Origin: Spirochaetia bacterium
Lineage (GTDB): Bacteria > Spirochaetota > Spirochaetia > UBA9216
Assembly (NCBI GenBank): GCA_963677925.2
Contig: CAXXYH010000004.1
Coordinates: 1,344,001-1,408,000 of the forward strand
Direction: 5' to 3'
Length of the DNA stretch: 64,000 nt
The notes beneath the pieces are model-generated. The model saw nothing but the letters and a program-made list of their open reading frames with translations. It was not told the origin of the DNA and made no database searches. Each line of letters starts with the position of its first letter. Positions within the stretch are counted from its first letter, which is position 1. Positions 28,925 to 39,211 of this stretch are shown here, piece after piece. The position numbers and the translations under genes are program-made.

Positions 28925-29353
28925 TTAAGAAATTACTCCCTTCTTCAGTAAAATATTTGCATAAAGGGCTGTTTCACCGCTTGCAAGTACTGCGAATGCC
29001 TGTTTTGCTCTCTCGTAATACTCGAAACGTTCTATATACTCATACTGGACATCAAAACTTTCATGTTTTGCGATTATTTTCTTGTATTCATCCCAGATTA
29101 CGGGGACTGTAGGATCTCCCGGTGTTACTTCCATCAGTCCTACCTGATATTCAGCGTAGGTATCCAGCGGAAAAAGCTGCAGTATGGCCTCAAGCAGGAC
29201 GGGAACACTATGCCCGTCGGCTCTTACGAGTCTCTGAGCCATCGATGCGGACGGAAAGTTGGCATCTCCTATCACTATAGTGTCTCCATGTCCCATTTCC
29301 TGCAGAATTTTAAGAAGTTCCGGCGATATAACCGGTGAAATACCTTTTAGCAT
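28925..29353 (-). CDS. fucU: L-fucose mutarotase (RbsD/FucU family)
   Basis: MLKGI..MGHGD.IVIGDANFP, PLDTY, ERFEYYERAK and YANILLKKGV. Confidence 0.92.
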   Translation of the reverse strand: MLKGISPVISPELLKILQEMGHGDTIVIGDANFPSASMAQRLVRADGHSVPVLLEAILQLFPLDTYAEYQVGLMEVTPGDPTVPVIWDEYKKIIAKHESFDVQYEYIERFEYYERAKQAFAVLASGETALYANILLKKGVIS

Positions 29354-29440
29354 ATTGTACCCCTATTAATTATTATAGCTTTCCTCACCGGCTTCCTGCC
29401 GGCGTTTGACATCAAATTAGAATTATTTTATCATCATACA

Positions 29441-30541
29441 ATGAGATATGCACTAATTATAGCAGGCGGAAAGGGCACAAGATTATGGCCTATGAGTACT
29501 GGTTCACAGCCAAAGCAGCTGATCCCCTTTGTTAATGGAAAAAGTTTACTTCAGATTGCCTACGAACGGCTTGAAGGTCTTGTTGAAAACAATCACAGAT
29601 TTATCTGCGCAGGAAGTGCTCATATGGATATGATTATATCAAGGATCCCGGGGATGGGAGCCGGACGTTTTATCGGAGAGCCTGTCGGGCGCGACACCCT
29701 GAACGCTCTTGCCTACAGTGCTGCAGTCATTCACAAACTTGATAAAGATGCGGTAATAGGTGTTTTTACTGCAGATCATATCATACAGCCCGAAGATAAA
29801 TTCCGTAAGATAGTTGAAGAGGGTTACCGGATTGCAGAGAGCTCTGAAAATACCCTTGTAACCTTCGGTATAACTCCTGATCATCCTGCAACCGGGTTCG
29901 GATACCTTGAACTTGGAGAAACTCTTCAGGGCTCTTCAACTGCAAAGACACTTAAAAGATTCAAGGAAAAACCCGATCTTGAAACCGCTGCTTCCTACAT
30001 TGAAGCCGGACCTGAATCATACCTCTGGAACAGCGGAATGTTTGTGTGGAAGGCCTCAACTCTTCTAAACTGTGTAAAAAAATATGAACCTGAAATTTAC
30101 AGCCGGATTTCTGAACTCGGCGAATCATACGGAACACAGGATTTTGATTCAGTTATCAGCAGGATTTATCCTGAACTGAAAAAAATAAGTGTGGATTTTG
30201 CTGTAATGGAACCTGCATCAGAAGATCCTGATATGACTATTGCTGCCGTCCCCATGCCTCTCAGCTGGCTTGATATAGGGTCCTGGCCCTCTTATGCTGA
30301 AACCTGTGACGCCGATGCGGATGTAAACCGCAGCTCATCAGTGAACTCTGTTTTCACAGACTGCCGCGGTGTTCTTGCCGTATCCGATGACCCTGAGCAT
30401 CTAATAACCGGGATAGGCCTTGAGGACATGATTATTATCAGGACAAAAAAAGCTACTCTTGTATGTCCAAAAGACAGGGCGCAGGATATTAAAAATCTCT
30501 ATGACGAAGTTGAAAAGAGCTTCGGGGATGAATACATCTGA
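29441..30541 (+). CDS. manC: Mannose-1-phosphate guanylyltransferase-like nucleotidyltransferase (no PMI domain)
   Basis: AGGKGTRLWPMS..PKQ, EPVGRDT, ADH, FKEKPD, WNSGMF, ISVDFAVME and WLDIGSW. Confidence 0.88.
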   Translation: MRYALIIAGGKGTRLWPMSTGSQPKQLIPFVNGKSLLQIAYERLEGLVENNHRFICAGSAHMDMIISRIPGMGAGRFIGEPVGRDTLNALAYSAAVIHKLDKDAVIGVFTADHIIQPEDKFRKIVEEGYRIAESSENTLVTFGITPDHPATGFGYLELGETLQGSSTAKTLKRFKEKPDLETAASYIEAGPESYLWNSGMFVWKASTLLNCVKKYEPEIYSRISELGESYGTQDFDSVISRIYPELKKISVDFAVMEPASEDPDMTIAAVPMPLSWLDIGSWPSYAETCDADADVNRSSSVNSVFTDCRGVLAVSDDPEHLITGIGLEDMIIIRTKKATLVCPKDRAQDIKNLYDEVEKSFGDEYI

Positions 30542-30625
30542 TTCTCTTAGGTCAGATAATGATTGATATCTGCCCGCTTCGATGCTATTAATTAAAGTTA
30601 GAATAAACAAATATAGAGGTTTCCT

Positions 30626-32617
30626 GTGCCTGAATCATACCGAAAGCTGACAAAAGAAGAAATTAGGATAATGGAGGAGCGTGGCTGCTCTTCCGAGGAG
30701 TGGGACAGAGTCCTGGCTTCGGAAAACGGCTTCGATCCGCAGAGATTCAAGCACACAATATTTCACGGCGACATCAGGCTAGGCCTGATGGAAAAGAAGT
30801 TTGAGACCACCAGCGGAATTATCAGAACCAGCGGGGTTTATAATTCTGTACTTCATAACTGTGTTATCAAAGACAATGTGTATATACGCAATGTATCTAA
30901 TTATATATCAAACTATATAATTGAAAGTGATGTTATTATTGATGATGTTAATACCCTGGAAGTTACAGAAGACTCATCCTTCGGAAACGGGGTAAGAGCT
31001 TCTGTCATAAACGAGGCCGGCGGCAGGGAAGTTCCCATATATGACCGGCTTTCGGCTCATGAAGCCTATGTAATTGCTTTCTACCGTCACAGGATAAAAC
31101 TGATTGACGGGTTGCGGACGCTTATTGATGCATACTCAGAAAAGGTTACTTCCCATACCGGTATAATCGGCCGGGGCTCAAAGATATCCAACTGCGGAAA
31201 TATCCGTAATGTCAAGGTCGGCGAATATGCCGAGCTTTACGGAATAGTCAGGCTTAACAACGGAACGGTGAACAGTAATAAAACTGCTCCGACAACAGTT
31301 GGAGCCGGTGTAATAGCTGATGACTTTATTATGGCTACAGGCTGCAGCGTGACAGACGGTGTAATCCTGGACAAGTGTTTCATCGGACAGGCTACTGAAC
31401 TTTCAAAACAGTATTCGGCTGAGAACTCCGTGTTTTTTGCAAACTGCGGAGGTTTTCACGGTGAAGCCTGTTCTGTTTTCGCCGGGCCCTATACGGTTAC
31501 CCACCATAAAAGCACACTGCTGATTGCAGGTTTTTATTCATTTATGAACGCCGGTTCGGCTTCAAACCAGAGCAATCACCTTTACAAGCTGGGACCTGTG
31601 CATCAGGGGATCCTGGAAAGGGGAACAAAAACCACTTCAAATTCGTATATCCTTTTCCCTGCGAGAATCGGCGCCTTTACTCTTGTAATGGGCAGGCATA
31701 CTGCAAATCCCGACACCTCCGATTTTCCGTTCAGCTACCTCCTTGAAGATGACGATGAAAGTGTCCTTGTTCCCGGAGTAAATATAAAGAGTGTCGGAAC
31801 CATCCGCGACTCCAAGAAGTGGCCCAGGCGCGATCAGAGAATTGATACTGATATTCTTGATAACATTACATTTCATCTGCTTACGCCCTACACGGTTCAG
31901 AAGATGATAAGCGGTAAATATCTGCTGGAAAACCTGAGAGAAAGCTCGGGGCATTCAACCCAGAAGTACTACCATAACGGTGTAAGAATTGCGCGAACAT
32001 CACTTGCCAGGGGTATCGACTATTACGAGCTTGGTATTACCAGGTTTGTTGGGAACGCGCTTGTAACCCTGCTTCGATTCAATGAATACAGCAGTATTGA
32101 TGATCTCAGAAAGCTTCTGGGTTCCGGAAATCCTCTGGGTAAATCCAAGTGGCTGGATCTTTCCGGTATGATTGCTCCGGAAGCCGCGCTTGAAGAGCTG
32201 TACACCAGAATTGAAAACGGTGAATTAAAAGAGTTGAATGAGGTAGGGCAGGGTTTTAAGCAGATTTATGAGAATTATGCCTCATATGAGCTTGCCTGGA
32301 ATACCGAGCAGCTTGAACAGCGTTACGGTAAACCATATACGGAACTGACTGCCGCTGATATTTCCTCATTTCTTGATGACTGGCTTGATGCTGTTGAAAC
32401 CCTGGATAATATGCGCTGTGAAGATGCCCGGAAGGAATTTAACGGTACCGCTATGGTCGGTTTCGGTATTGACGGTGATGTTGCAGTCAGGAAGGCTGAT
32501 TTTATCGAGGTCCGGGGAGATGAAAACTCCAATACTTTTATCACCGAGCTGAAGCAGCGGCTGACTCTGAAGCAGGGAACAGTCCGGGACCTCAAGAAGA
32601 AGCTTGCCGGTTTATAA
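30626..32617 (+). CDS. DUF4954-family protein
   Basis: YRKLT..GC, NEAGGREV, GEACSVFAGPYTVTHHKSTLLIAG, NQSNHLYKLGPVHQG and KWPRRD. Confidence 0.85.
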   Translation: MPESYRKLTKEEIRIMEERGCSSEEWDRVLASENGFDPQRFKHTIFHGDIRLGLMEKKFETTSGIIRTSGVYNSVLHNCVIKDNVYIRNVSNYISNYIIESDVIIDDVNTLEVTEDSSFGNGVRASVINEAGGREVPIYDRLSAHEAYVIAFYRHRIKLIDGLRTLIDAYSEKVTSHTGIIGRGSKISNCGNIRNVKVGEYAELYGIVRLNNGTVNSNKTAPTTVGAGVIADDFIMATGCSVTDGVILDKCFIGQATELSKQYSAENSVFFANCGGFHGEACSVFAGPYTVTHHKSTLLIAGFYSFMNAGSASNQSNHLYKLGPVHQGILERGTKTTSNSYILFPARIGAFTLVMGRHTANPDTSDFPFSYLLEDDDESVLVPGVNIKSVGTIRDSKKWPRRDQRIDTDILDNITFHLLTPYTVQKMISGKYLLENLRESSGHSTQKYYHNGVRIARTSLARGIDYYELGITRFVGNALVTLLRFNEYSSIDDLRKLLGSGNPLGKSKWLDLSGMIAPEAALEELYTRIENGELKELNEVGQGFKQIYENYASYELAWNTEQLEQRYGKPYTELTAADISSFLDDWLDAVETLDNMRCEDARKEFNGTAMVGFGIDGDVAVRKADFIEVRGDENSNTFITELKQRLTLKQGTVRDLKKKLAGL

Positions 32618-32638
32618 CTGTTCCCTGTACAGCAGCAT

Positions 32639-35600
32639 TTAAATTATAGTTTCATCCTTCCACATTGATTCATCCGGTTTTTCGCCGGAAAGCAGCCGAT
32701 CTTTAAGATTTACTGTTTTTTCATCGGCTGTAACCTTGTAGTAGGTCTGCAGTTTCTTATTCAGTTTGTCGAATAATCTTGGAATTTCGCTTCTGTTTCC
32801 GACTGCAGCGCTTGCAATCATCAGCAGGCGATAGGCCGGTTCGCAGAGCGGATCGGCATCAATTAGAATCTTTGCCCACTCAAGAGCCTCTCTGAAGCCG
32901 GCTGTGTTGATTGAAAGCATTGTCATCTTGAAAAGAAGGTTCCGGTAACGGCTTTTCAGGTTTTCCCTTTCATCGCGGATAAAGTCGTAGTAAAGATCGC
33001 TTTCAAGAAAATCACCCTTATATGTCTCGATGGCCGATTTGTACATCATTATGGCATGATCAAAGTTGTTCTTCTTTTCGGCATCTGCTCCCATCTCTAT
33101 GTATTCAAGGAAGCGGTCAACATCGGTGATCGCAGTGTTTTCCTTAAACCTGATGGAGTTCACATCGGTGGACAGGAAATCAGTCTTGTCGTTGAGCAGT
33201 TTTCTCAGGCGGTAGATGATTGTGTTAAGGTTGTCTCTGGCGCTCTTATAGGAATAGCGCGGCCAGAAAAGCTCATACAGCCGTTCCTTCATAACTCCGT
33301 TTTTGCGGTAAACCACCAGAAGTTTCAGCAGATCCATTACCCTTTTCTGTCCGCCGAGCAAATCGGCAGATATCTCTTTTCCGAAAACAAAAACCTTGAA
33401 GCTTCCCAGAGTTTCAATCTCAAGATCATACTGGGTATTTGAGAGCTCCTCAAACTGCTTTTCATCTTTCAGTCTCGGGAAATTTTCGAAGGCCCTGTGT
33501 CCGCTGAGTTCGGAGATTTCTTTGAGCAGCTCCGGAGAGCAGACGTCAAGGTTCGTGTATTTCCGTTTTAAAATGACATCTTCCATTTCTCTGAAATGCT
33601 CATCAGCCCCGGATGGATCGCCTTCCTTGCTGCAGATATAACCGAGCAGTGCCTTTGCTGTGGCAAATGAATAAGGTGCATTGCTGCTGTTGATTTTCTG
33701 CAGGAGTTTACTCAGGATTTTTCTGCTTTTCTGTCCGTTCCCGGCGAAAATGCTAACCTCTGCCAGGGCTATGTGACTGAATGGAAAATCTGCATTTAAA
33801 AGTTTTTCATTCTCCTTTTCCATCAGCCGGTTGCAGTAGTATTCAGTTCGGTGGACATTATTGTTTCTGTAGGCCAGGAGCATCTCAAACAGGAAGTTGA
33901 TATTATAGAGCAGGTATAGGTTTTCACCTGTATCACTGTCTTTCAAATGTGCATAATGGCTGTCTGCCTTCTCGGTGTTATGAGTATAAAGATTATAGAA
34001 AACCAGGTTCAGATACAGATAGGGCCTGAATGCAAAATCCTTGCCTGAGCTTGAGATGGCCTTGTGGATTCTGTTGATAGCTGCGGGAATTTCCCCTTTA
34101 TAGAAGAAAATGTCTCCCATATAAAAGCTCAGCAGGCTGTTGTAGTATTTATACAGGTGAAGTGTTCCCTCTGAAAACATCTTTTCGGTGTTTTCAAGCA
34201 GTCCCATGGCCTGGTCAAATTCACCTCTTGAGATGTATATCTTTGATAGTACAAGCCTGGAGCAGAGAAAAGCCTCTTCATTGTTGATCTTGTTGGACAT
34301 CTCTTCTGCCCGGAGTGCAATCTCAAATGCTTTTTCCCGCGAGGCTCCGCTCCACCACTGTCCAAGAGGGATAAGGGCTTCAAGCAGTTCTTTCTGGTCC
34401 TGGTTTATCTGGCTTCCGCTGGTTATGAGGAAGTCTTCCGCCATATTGATTATATTCCCGACAGTCTCTGCGTTTGTCTGAAAGAAGAAATAGTTGGTAA
34501 GAAGTACTGCGTATATGGATGCTTCCTTGTTGTGTTCGCCCATGCTTCTGAATACATATAAAAGTTTCAGCAGTTTTTTTCTTGAGGTTTCCGGCTGCAT
34601 CAGGTTTTTAACCACTGCTTCATAATATGCCAGATACGGGTCTTCCTCTCTCATTTCTTCAGGAAAGTAGTTGAGAACCTCGTGTATGGCTTCATGCTCA
34701 TTGTTTTTTATTAGTTCTTCGGATAGTTCAATAAGTTCGGTTTTTGCACGTTCAAGCTCACCTGCTTCAGCCAGATACATAATCGGCGTATAAGGATCGT
34801 CTTCCTCTTCTTTATAGTAAGCTGCAGCATCGATAAGCGTCTGCCGTCTGTCATCCTCGGGCATTTCATCGAATTCATATTTCAGATAAGTCTGAAACAG
34901 CGGATTGAATCCATACATGTATTTTATGGGTTCATCACTCCAGACGAACAGGTTCTTATTCTGCAGCATCTCTATGAAATCGAGTCCGCTGACGCCGGTC
35001 AGAGCTTCAACCAGTTCCGGCGTAAACTCATGAACGCAGCTGAGCTTATACAGCTGCGGAATAAGAGCATCATCAAGTCTTGCAAGAACCTGTGATTCAA
35101 AAAAGTCATCAAGCTCAGGTGTACCCTTGTCATGCAGGAAATTCTCAAGCAGAGCTTCCCCTTCTTTTCTGTTAAGGGTACAGAGTTTTTCCATCAGAAA
35201 GATGATTCCTGTGATCCATCCGTCGGTCACTTCAAGAAGCCTGTCGAGGACTATTGAGTCAAAACTCATGTCGTAAACGCTGTACAGCAGATCGCGGATT
35301 TCTTCACGGCTGAATGCCAGATCCCGGTTTTTCAGTTCGGTGAGTTCTTTACGTGAGCGGATATGTGCCAGAGAAAGTTCAGGGGCTTCACGTGTCAGTA
35401 TTATTATCCTGGCTTTTTCGATAAGCATATCAAGCAGGTGCTCAAAAGCGGTCGATACTTCCTGGTTGCTGTTAACAACCTCGTATTTATCAAAGACAAT
35501 AAAGAGATCATCCGGTATAAGATCGAGGACCCTCTCGCAGAAATCCTCTACGTCTTCAAGAATGTCACGCTCTTCATTTACCAGATAGGGAGCTTTGTCA

Positions 35601-35863
35601 TCTGCCGGATTGCCGGTAAACGCTCTTATATAGCTTTCCAGATAATCCAGTAAAACCTTGTAATCAAGGTCCCAGTCATCAAGAGTATTCCATATACATT
35701 CTTTATCTTCGGAATTGATGTAGTCGATAGCGGCAGTGGTCTTTCCCTGACCTGGTGCGCCTTCAATAAAAATAACTCGTTTTTCTTCGAAAAACCTAAA
35801 AAGTCTAGTGCGTGAGTGCACTTTCTTGATTTCCGGTGGTAGGTATTCCCTTGGTCCCGGCAT
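32639..35863 (-). CDS. Large MalT-like ATPase/TPR transcriptional regulator with C-terminal SARP/BTAD domain
   Basis: GAPGQGKTT, LAFSREEI and TDGWITG (MalT-like); TLGSFKV, LFWP, YRLRKLL, YKGDFL and DPLCEPAYRLLM (SARP/BTAD). Confidence 0.88.
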   Translation of the reverse strand: MPGPREYLPPEIKKVHSRTRLFRFFEEKRVIFIEGAPGQGKTTAAIDYINSEDKECIWNTLDDWDLDYKVLLDYLESYIRAFTGNPADDKAPYLVNEERDILEDVEDFCERVLDLIPDDLFIVFDKYEVVNSNQEVSTAFEHLLDMLIEKARIIILTREAPELSLAHIRSRKELTELKNRDLAFSREEIRDLLYSVYDMSFDSIVLDRLLEVTDGWITGIIFLMEKLCTLNRKEGEALLENFLHDKGTPELDDFFESQVLARLDDALIPQLYKLSCVHEFTPELVEALTGVSGLDFIEMLQNKNLFVWSDEPIKYMYGFNPLFQTYLKYEFDEMPEDDRRQTLIDAAAYYKEEEDDPYTPIMYLAEAGELERAKTELIELSEELIKNNEHEAIHEVLNYFPEEMREEDPYLAYYEAVVKNLMQPETSRKKLLKLLYVFRSMGEHNKEASIYAVLLTNYFFFQTNAETVGNIINMAEDFLITSGSQINQDQKELLEALIPLGQWWSGASREKAFEIALRAEEMSNKINNEEAFLCSRLVLSKIYISRGEFDQAMGLLENTEKMFSEGTLHLYKYYNSLLSFYMGDIFFYKGEIPAAINRIHKAISSSGKDFAFRPYLYLNLVFYNLYTHNTEKADSHYAHLKDSDTGENLYLLYNINFLFEMLLAYRNNNVHRTEYYCNRLMEKENEKLLNADFPFSHIALAEVSIFAGNGQKSRKILSKLLQKINSSNAPYSFATAKALLGYICSKEGDPSGADEHFREMEDVILKRKYTNLDVCSPELLKEISELSGHRAFENFPRLKDEKQFEELSNTQYDLEIETLGSFKVFVFGKEISADLLGGQKRVMDLLKLLVVYRKNGVMKERLYELFWPRYSYKSARDNLNTIIYRLRKLLNDKTDFLSTDVNSIRFKENTAITDVDRFLEYIEMGADAEKKNNFDHAIMMYKSAIETYKGDFLESDLYYDFIRDERENLKSRYRNLLFKMTMLSINTAGFREALEWAKILIDADPLCEPAYRLLMIASAAVGNRSEIPRLFDKLNKKLQTYYKVTADEKTVNLKDRLLSGEKPDESMWKDETII

Positions 35864-35900
35864 AATTTCACCTCATTTTACAGCAAATTCCGTAAATGAC

Positions 35901-35953
35901 AGGGCTGTGTCATAATCTGTTCAGAGCTGTGATAGGACATTATTGTATAAAAT
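35901..35953 (+). promoter_or_regulatory. Direct repeats and -10 element upstream of the aminotransferase (probable SARP site)
   Basis: agggctgtgtca (35901) and agagctgtgata (35923), 22 bp apart; then cattattgtaTAAAAT. Confidence 0.5.
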
Positions 35954-35992
35954 TAAACAAATGACAATCTTTTTATAATGAGGTACGAATAA

Positions 35993-37300
35993 ATGAATAG
36001 CGGTCCTAAAAGCAGAGCAATGTTTGAACGGGCAAAAAAATCAATTCCTGGCGGTGTTTCATCGAACTTCAGGTACTGGGGTGATGACAAAACACTCGTC
36101 GTAAAGAATGCGAAAGGCGCCTATCTCTGGGACCAGGATGACAACAAGTATGTCGATTACAGACTGGGTTTCGGCCCGGTAATTCTCGGACATGCGAGAG
36201 AGGAAATTAGAGAGTATGTGGCTGAGGCCATGAAGATCGGTAATGCGTTTGCAATGACTAATCCATATGAAATCAGTGTTGCTGAGAAGATCAGAGCTAT
36301 GACAGGTGTAGATCTTGTAAGATTTACAAATACCGGAACAGAAGCAACCATGGGTGCAATCAGAATTGCTAGAGCATTTACCGACAGAAATGATGTTCTG
36401 AAATTTGACGGAGCCTACCACGGCTTCCATGATTATACACTTTGGAATACTTATCCGCCTGTATCAGGTGTAGGATACAGAAACTCTCCGTTTCTTGTTC
36501 CACAGGGCTCCGGTATTCCGGCACTTATAAGCGACCTTGTGTGGTCACTTCCTTTTAACGATTTTGAGCTTCTCGAAAGAAAGCTTCATGAAAAATGGCA
36601 TGATATAGCATGTATTATTGTAGAACCGCTTCTCGGTAACCAGGCTTCAATTATGCCGCAGCCGGGCTTCCTTGATTTTATCAGAAAGAAATGTGATGAA
36701 TACGGTATCGTAATGATCATGGATGAAGTTAAAACCGGATTCCGTATAGCTCCGGGCGGGGCACAGGAATACTTCAATGTTAAAGCCGACCTTGTAACCT
36801 ATGCAAAGTGTCTTGGTAACGGTTTTCCTGTAGCAGCAATCGCCGGTAAAGAAGAGATTATGGGTGAAGTAGGTCCCGGAAAGATTCCTCACGGCGGAAC
36901 CTACGGTTCAAACGTTGTTTCAATGGCTGCAGCCGACAAGGTTCTTGATCTTATGGCTGCCGGTGAGCTGGACAAGGTTAACAGGCACGGAGCACTTCTT
37001 AAGGAAGGATTCAAGAAAATCCTCGATAAAGCAGGTGTGAACTATGTTGTTCAGGGACCTGATGCAATGCCGGGTATCATTTTCACCGATAAGGAAGAAT
37101 GTATTGAGTATCAGGACTGGGCAGACGGAGATCATGAACTTTACAGTGCTATTATCGATAAATGTATGGAAAAGGGCCTTATGCCCGACCATGATTCGAG
37201 AGAGCCCTGGTTTATTTCATCAGCTCACACTGATGAAGATGCAGAATTCTCACTTAACGCTTTTGAAGAAGCAGTAAAGGAAGTTCTTGCTGACTGGTAG
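35993..37300 (+). CDS. Class III PLP-dependent aminotransferase (GSA-aminomutase-like)
   Basis: IPGGVSS, TGTEAT, GAYHG, IVEP, DEVKTGFR, YAKCLGNG (PLP Lys) and HGGTY. Confidence 0.9.
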   Translation: MNSGPKSRAMFERAKKSIPGGVSSNFRYWGDDKTLVVKNAKGAYLWDQDDNKYVDYRLGFGPVILGHAREEIREYVAEAMKIGNAFAMTNPYEISVAEKIRAMTGVDLVRFTNTGTEATMGAIRIARAFTDRNDVLKFDGAYHGFHDYTLWNTYPPVSGVGYRNSPFLVPQGSGIPALISDLVWSLPFNDFELLERKLHEKWHDIACIIVEPLLGNQASIMPQPGFLDFIRKKCDEYGIVMIMDEVKTGFRIAPGGAQEYFNVKADLVTYAKCLGNGFPVAAIAGKEEIMGEVGPGKIPHGGTYGSNVVSMAAADKVLDLMAAGELDKVNRHGALLKEGFKKILDKAGVNYVVQGPDAMPGIIFTDKEECIEYQDWADGDHELYSAIIDKCMEKGLMPDHDSREPWFISSAHTDEDAEFSLNAFEEAVKEVLADW

Positions 37301-37354
37301 AATATAAATGACAACCCCTGAATAGGGGTTGATCTTAATTATCACTCCTTTAAC

Positions 37355-37394
37355 ATGGCTGTGTCAGAGATGAGACAGCCATTATTTATAGAAT
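37355..37394 (+). promoter_or_regulatory. Second copy of the repeat/-10 element (also folds as a hairpin) upstream of the symporter
   Basis: ggctgtgtca-gagatgagaca-gccattatttaTAGAAT resembles 35903-35953; atggctgt/acagccat inverted repeat. Confidence 0.4.
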
Positions 37395-37429
37395 GATTAG
37401 TCAATCTATATTAAGACAGGAGGAGATTA

Positions 37430-38938
37430 TTGAACGGTTCAGTAGTACAACTGCATGTCCTGGATTGGTTGATTCTGGGACTGTACATTGCGTTCATGCT
37501 CTTTGTCGGGTTTTATTTCTCGAAAAAGAAGCAGGGATTCGATGACTATTTCATGGCCGGCAGGACTCTTACAGCACCACTGCTTGTAGGAACCCTGGTA
37601 TCAACATTCTACGGGCTGGATACCCTTTTTGGAACATCAGAGGTTGGGTTCTATGAAGGAATATCCGCTTTCTTTGCATACTCGCTGCCTTATACGGCAC
37701 TGTATGTAGTAATGGCGTTCCTGGCGCCGAAATTCAAGGAGCTGTTTCCGGACGGAACGACAATGCAGGACATTGCGTTCAAAAAGTACGGAAAACCGGC
37801 AGGTATTTTCACTTCCATTGCGGCGTTCCTGTATTCGACCAACACAATGGAAATGATGGGGATCGGATTCATCCTGAATCTGATTACCGGAATGCCTATC
37901 TGGGCAGGAATCCTGATAGGTGCCGCCCTGGTACTGATCTATACGATCACCGGAGGTCTGTGGGCGGTAACAATGACCGACTTTATACAGTTCATCTCAA
38001 TGATGATAACAGTCGGTATCGCACTTATAATCGGCTGGAAGGCAATAGGCGGATATGAAAATGTCTTTAACGGTCTGATCGAGTGGACCGGAAGCGCCGA
38101 AGATGCCAGCTATTTCTTCAGTGCGGGTGCAGGCTACCTGAGTCCCTGGACTCTGGTTTCATATTCAATCACTGCTTTTGCAGTGCTTGCGGAACCTGCA
38201 TTCTTCCAGAGGGTTTTTGCATCAGCAGGACCTAAGGAAATTAAAAAGGCCTTTGCTGCCGGTGTTCCGATGTGGCTGTCGTTTGACTGGTGTGTCACAT
38301 TTCTGGGAATCCTTGGTGCGGCCGCAATTGGACTGGGAATTATCCCTGAGGTTGAAGCCAACCAGGCTCTGTTTGCAGTATGCGGACAGTATCTGCCGGT
38401 AGGACTTCTGGGTGTCTTTGTTGCAGGTGTATTTGCCGCGGCAATGTCAACTGCTGATTCCTACTTCCTGGTTGCGGGCGGTGTTATCGGATATGATATT
38501 TACAAGAATACCATTAATCCGAAGGCTGACTCTGCAAAGGTTGAAAAGATGACCAAGCTTGGAATGCTGCTTTCTGCGGCTCTGTCCATAGGTCTTTCAT
38601 TCACCTTTGATGCTATAATGGAAGTATGGGTATTCCAGGCTACGATTATTCTTTCAGTTGCCCTGGTTCCGGTATACTTTGGAGCATTCAGCAAGAAGCC
38701 GGTTAAAAAGATTGCCGGTACACTGTCTACAGCTGTAGGTCTGATACTCTCAGTTGTATGGTATATCTGGTCTAACTTCTTCGGAACATGGAGTGATGAC
38801 TGGGAAGTATATCTTGTTAAAGTCGGTAAGTTTGAGATCTGGCAGGAGCAGGGTATTCTTATAATTGTTCCTACGGTAATAATCATTTACCTGGTTGCAA
38901 ATGCTCTTGGTAAAAAGACCGTAGAGGAGGTAGTTTAA
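37430..38938 (+). CDS. Sodium:solute symporter (SSS) family protein
   Basis: DDYFMAGR, YTITGGLWAVTMTDFIQ, FQRVFAS and AAAMSTADS; TTG start after AGGAGG. Confidence 0.92.
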   Translation: MNGSVVQLHVLDWLILGLYIAFMLFVGFYFSKKKQGFDDYFMAGRTLTAPLLVGTLVSTFYGLDTLFGTSEVGFYEGISAFFAYSLPYTALYVVMAFLAPKFKELFPDGTTMQDIAFKKYGKPAGIFTSIAAFLYSTNTMEMMGIGFILNLITGMPIWAGILIGAALVLIYTITGGLWAVTMTDFIQFISMMITVGIALIIGWKAIGGYENVFNGLIEWTGSAEDASYFFSAGAGYLSPWTLVSYSITAFAVLAEPAFFQRVFASAGPKEIKKAFAAGVPMWLSFDWCVTFLGILGAAAIGLGIIPEVEANQALFAVCGQYLPVGLLGVFVAGVFAAAMSTADSYFLVAGGVIGYDIYKNTINPKADSAKVEKMTKLGMLLSAALSIGLSFTFDAIMEVWVFQATIILSVALVPVYFGAFSKKPVKKIAGTLSTAVGLILSVVWYIWSNFFGTWSDDWEVYLVKVGKFEIWQEQGILIIVPTVIIIYLVANALGKKTVEEVV

Positions 38939-39060
38939 TGGGTTGGAATGTAACTTGTTATATTATGGGTGCCATTTCCATAATCGGTCCCATATGTCTT
39001 ATATTCTGGTATGTCCAGGGTGCAAAGGCTCAGCTGAAAAGGCTGCATAATAAAGAATAA
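38938..39060 (+). CDS. Small single-TM protein (40 aa), probable SSS accessory subunit; not in the ORF track
   Basis: MGWNVTCYIMGAISIIGPICLIFWYVQGAKAQLKRLHNKE; GAGGAGG RBS; TAATG overlap with the symporter stop. Confidence 0.75.
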   Translation: MGWNVTCYIMGAISIIGPICLIFWYVQGAKAQLKRLHNKE

Positions 39061-39112
39061 AATTCTGATAAATCCAATTTGGAAGCATCAGAGGATTACA
39101 TCAGTATTAATT

Positions 39113-39140
39113 GCAGATCCGGTAATAGCACCGGATCTGC
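39113..39140. terminator. Intercistronic stem-loop
   Basis: gcagatccggt/accggatctgc perfect 11-bp inverted repeat, no U-tract. Confidence 0.5.
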
Positions 39141-39211
39141 TCAATTATAATAAATAGGCAGGTTTCTGTCTGAACAAACGGCCGTAAAGGTTTATTTTGA
39201 GGTAAAAGAAC

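Noticed and set aside
35993-37300. hemL assignment
   Set aside because: GSA-like, but the context is transport/catabolic with no tetrapyrrole genes; symbol withheld
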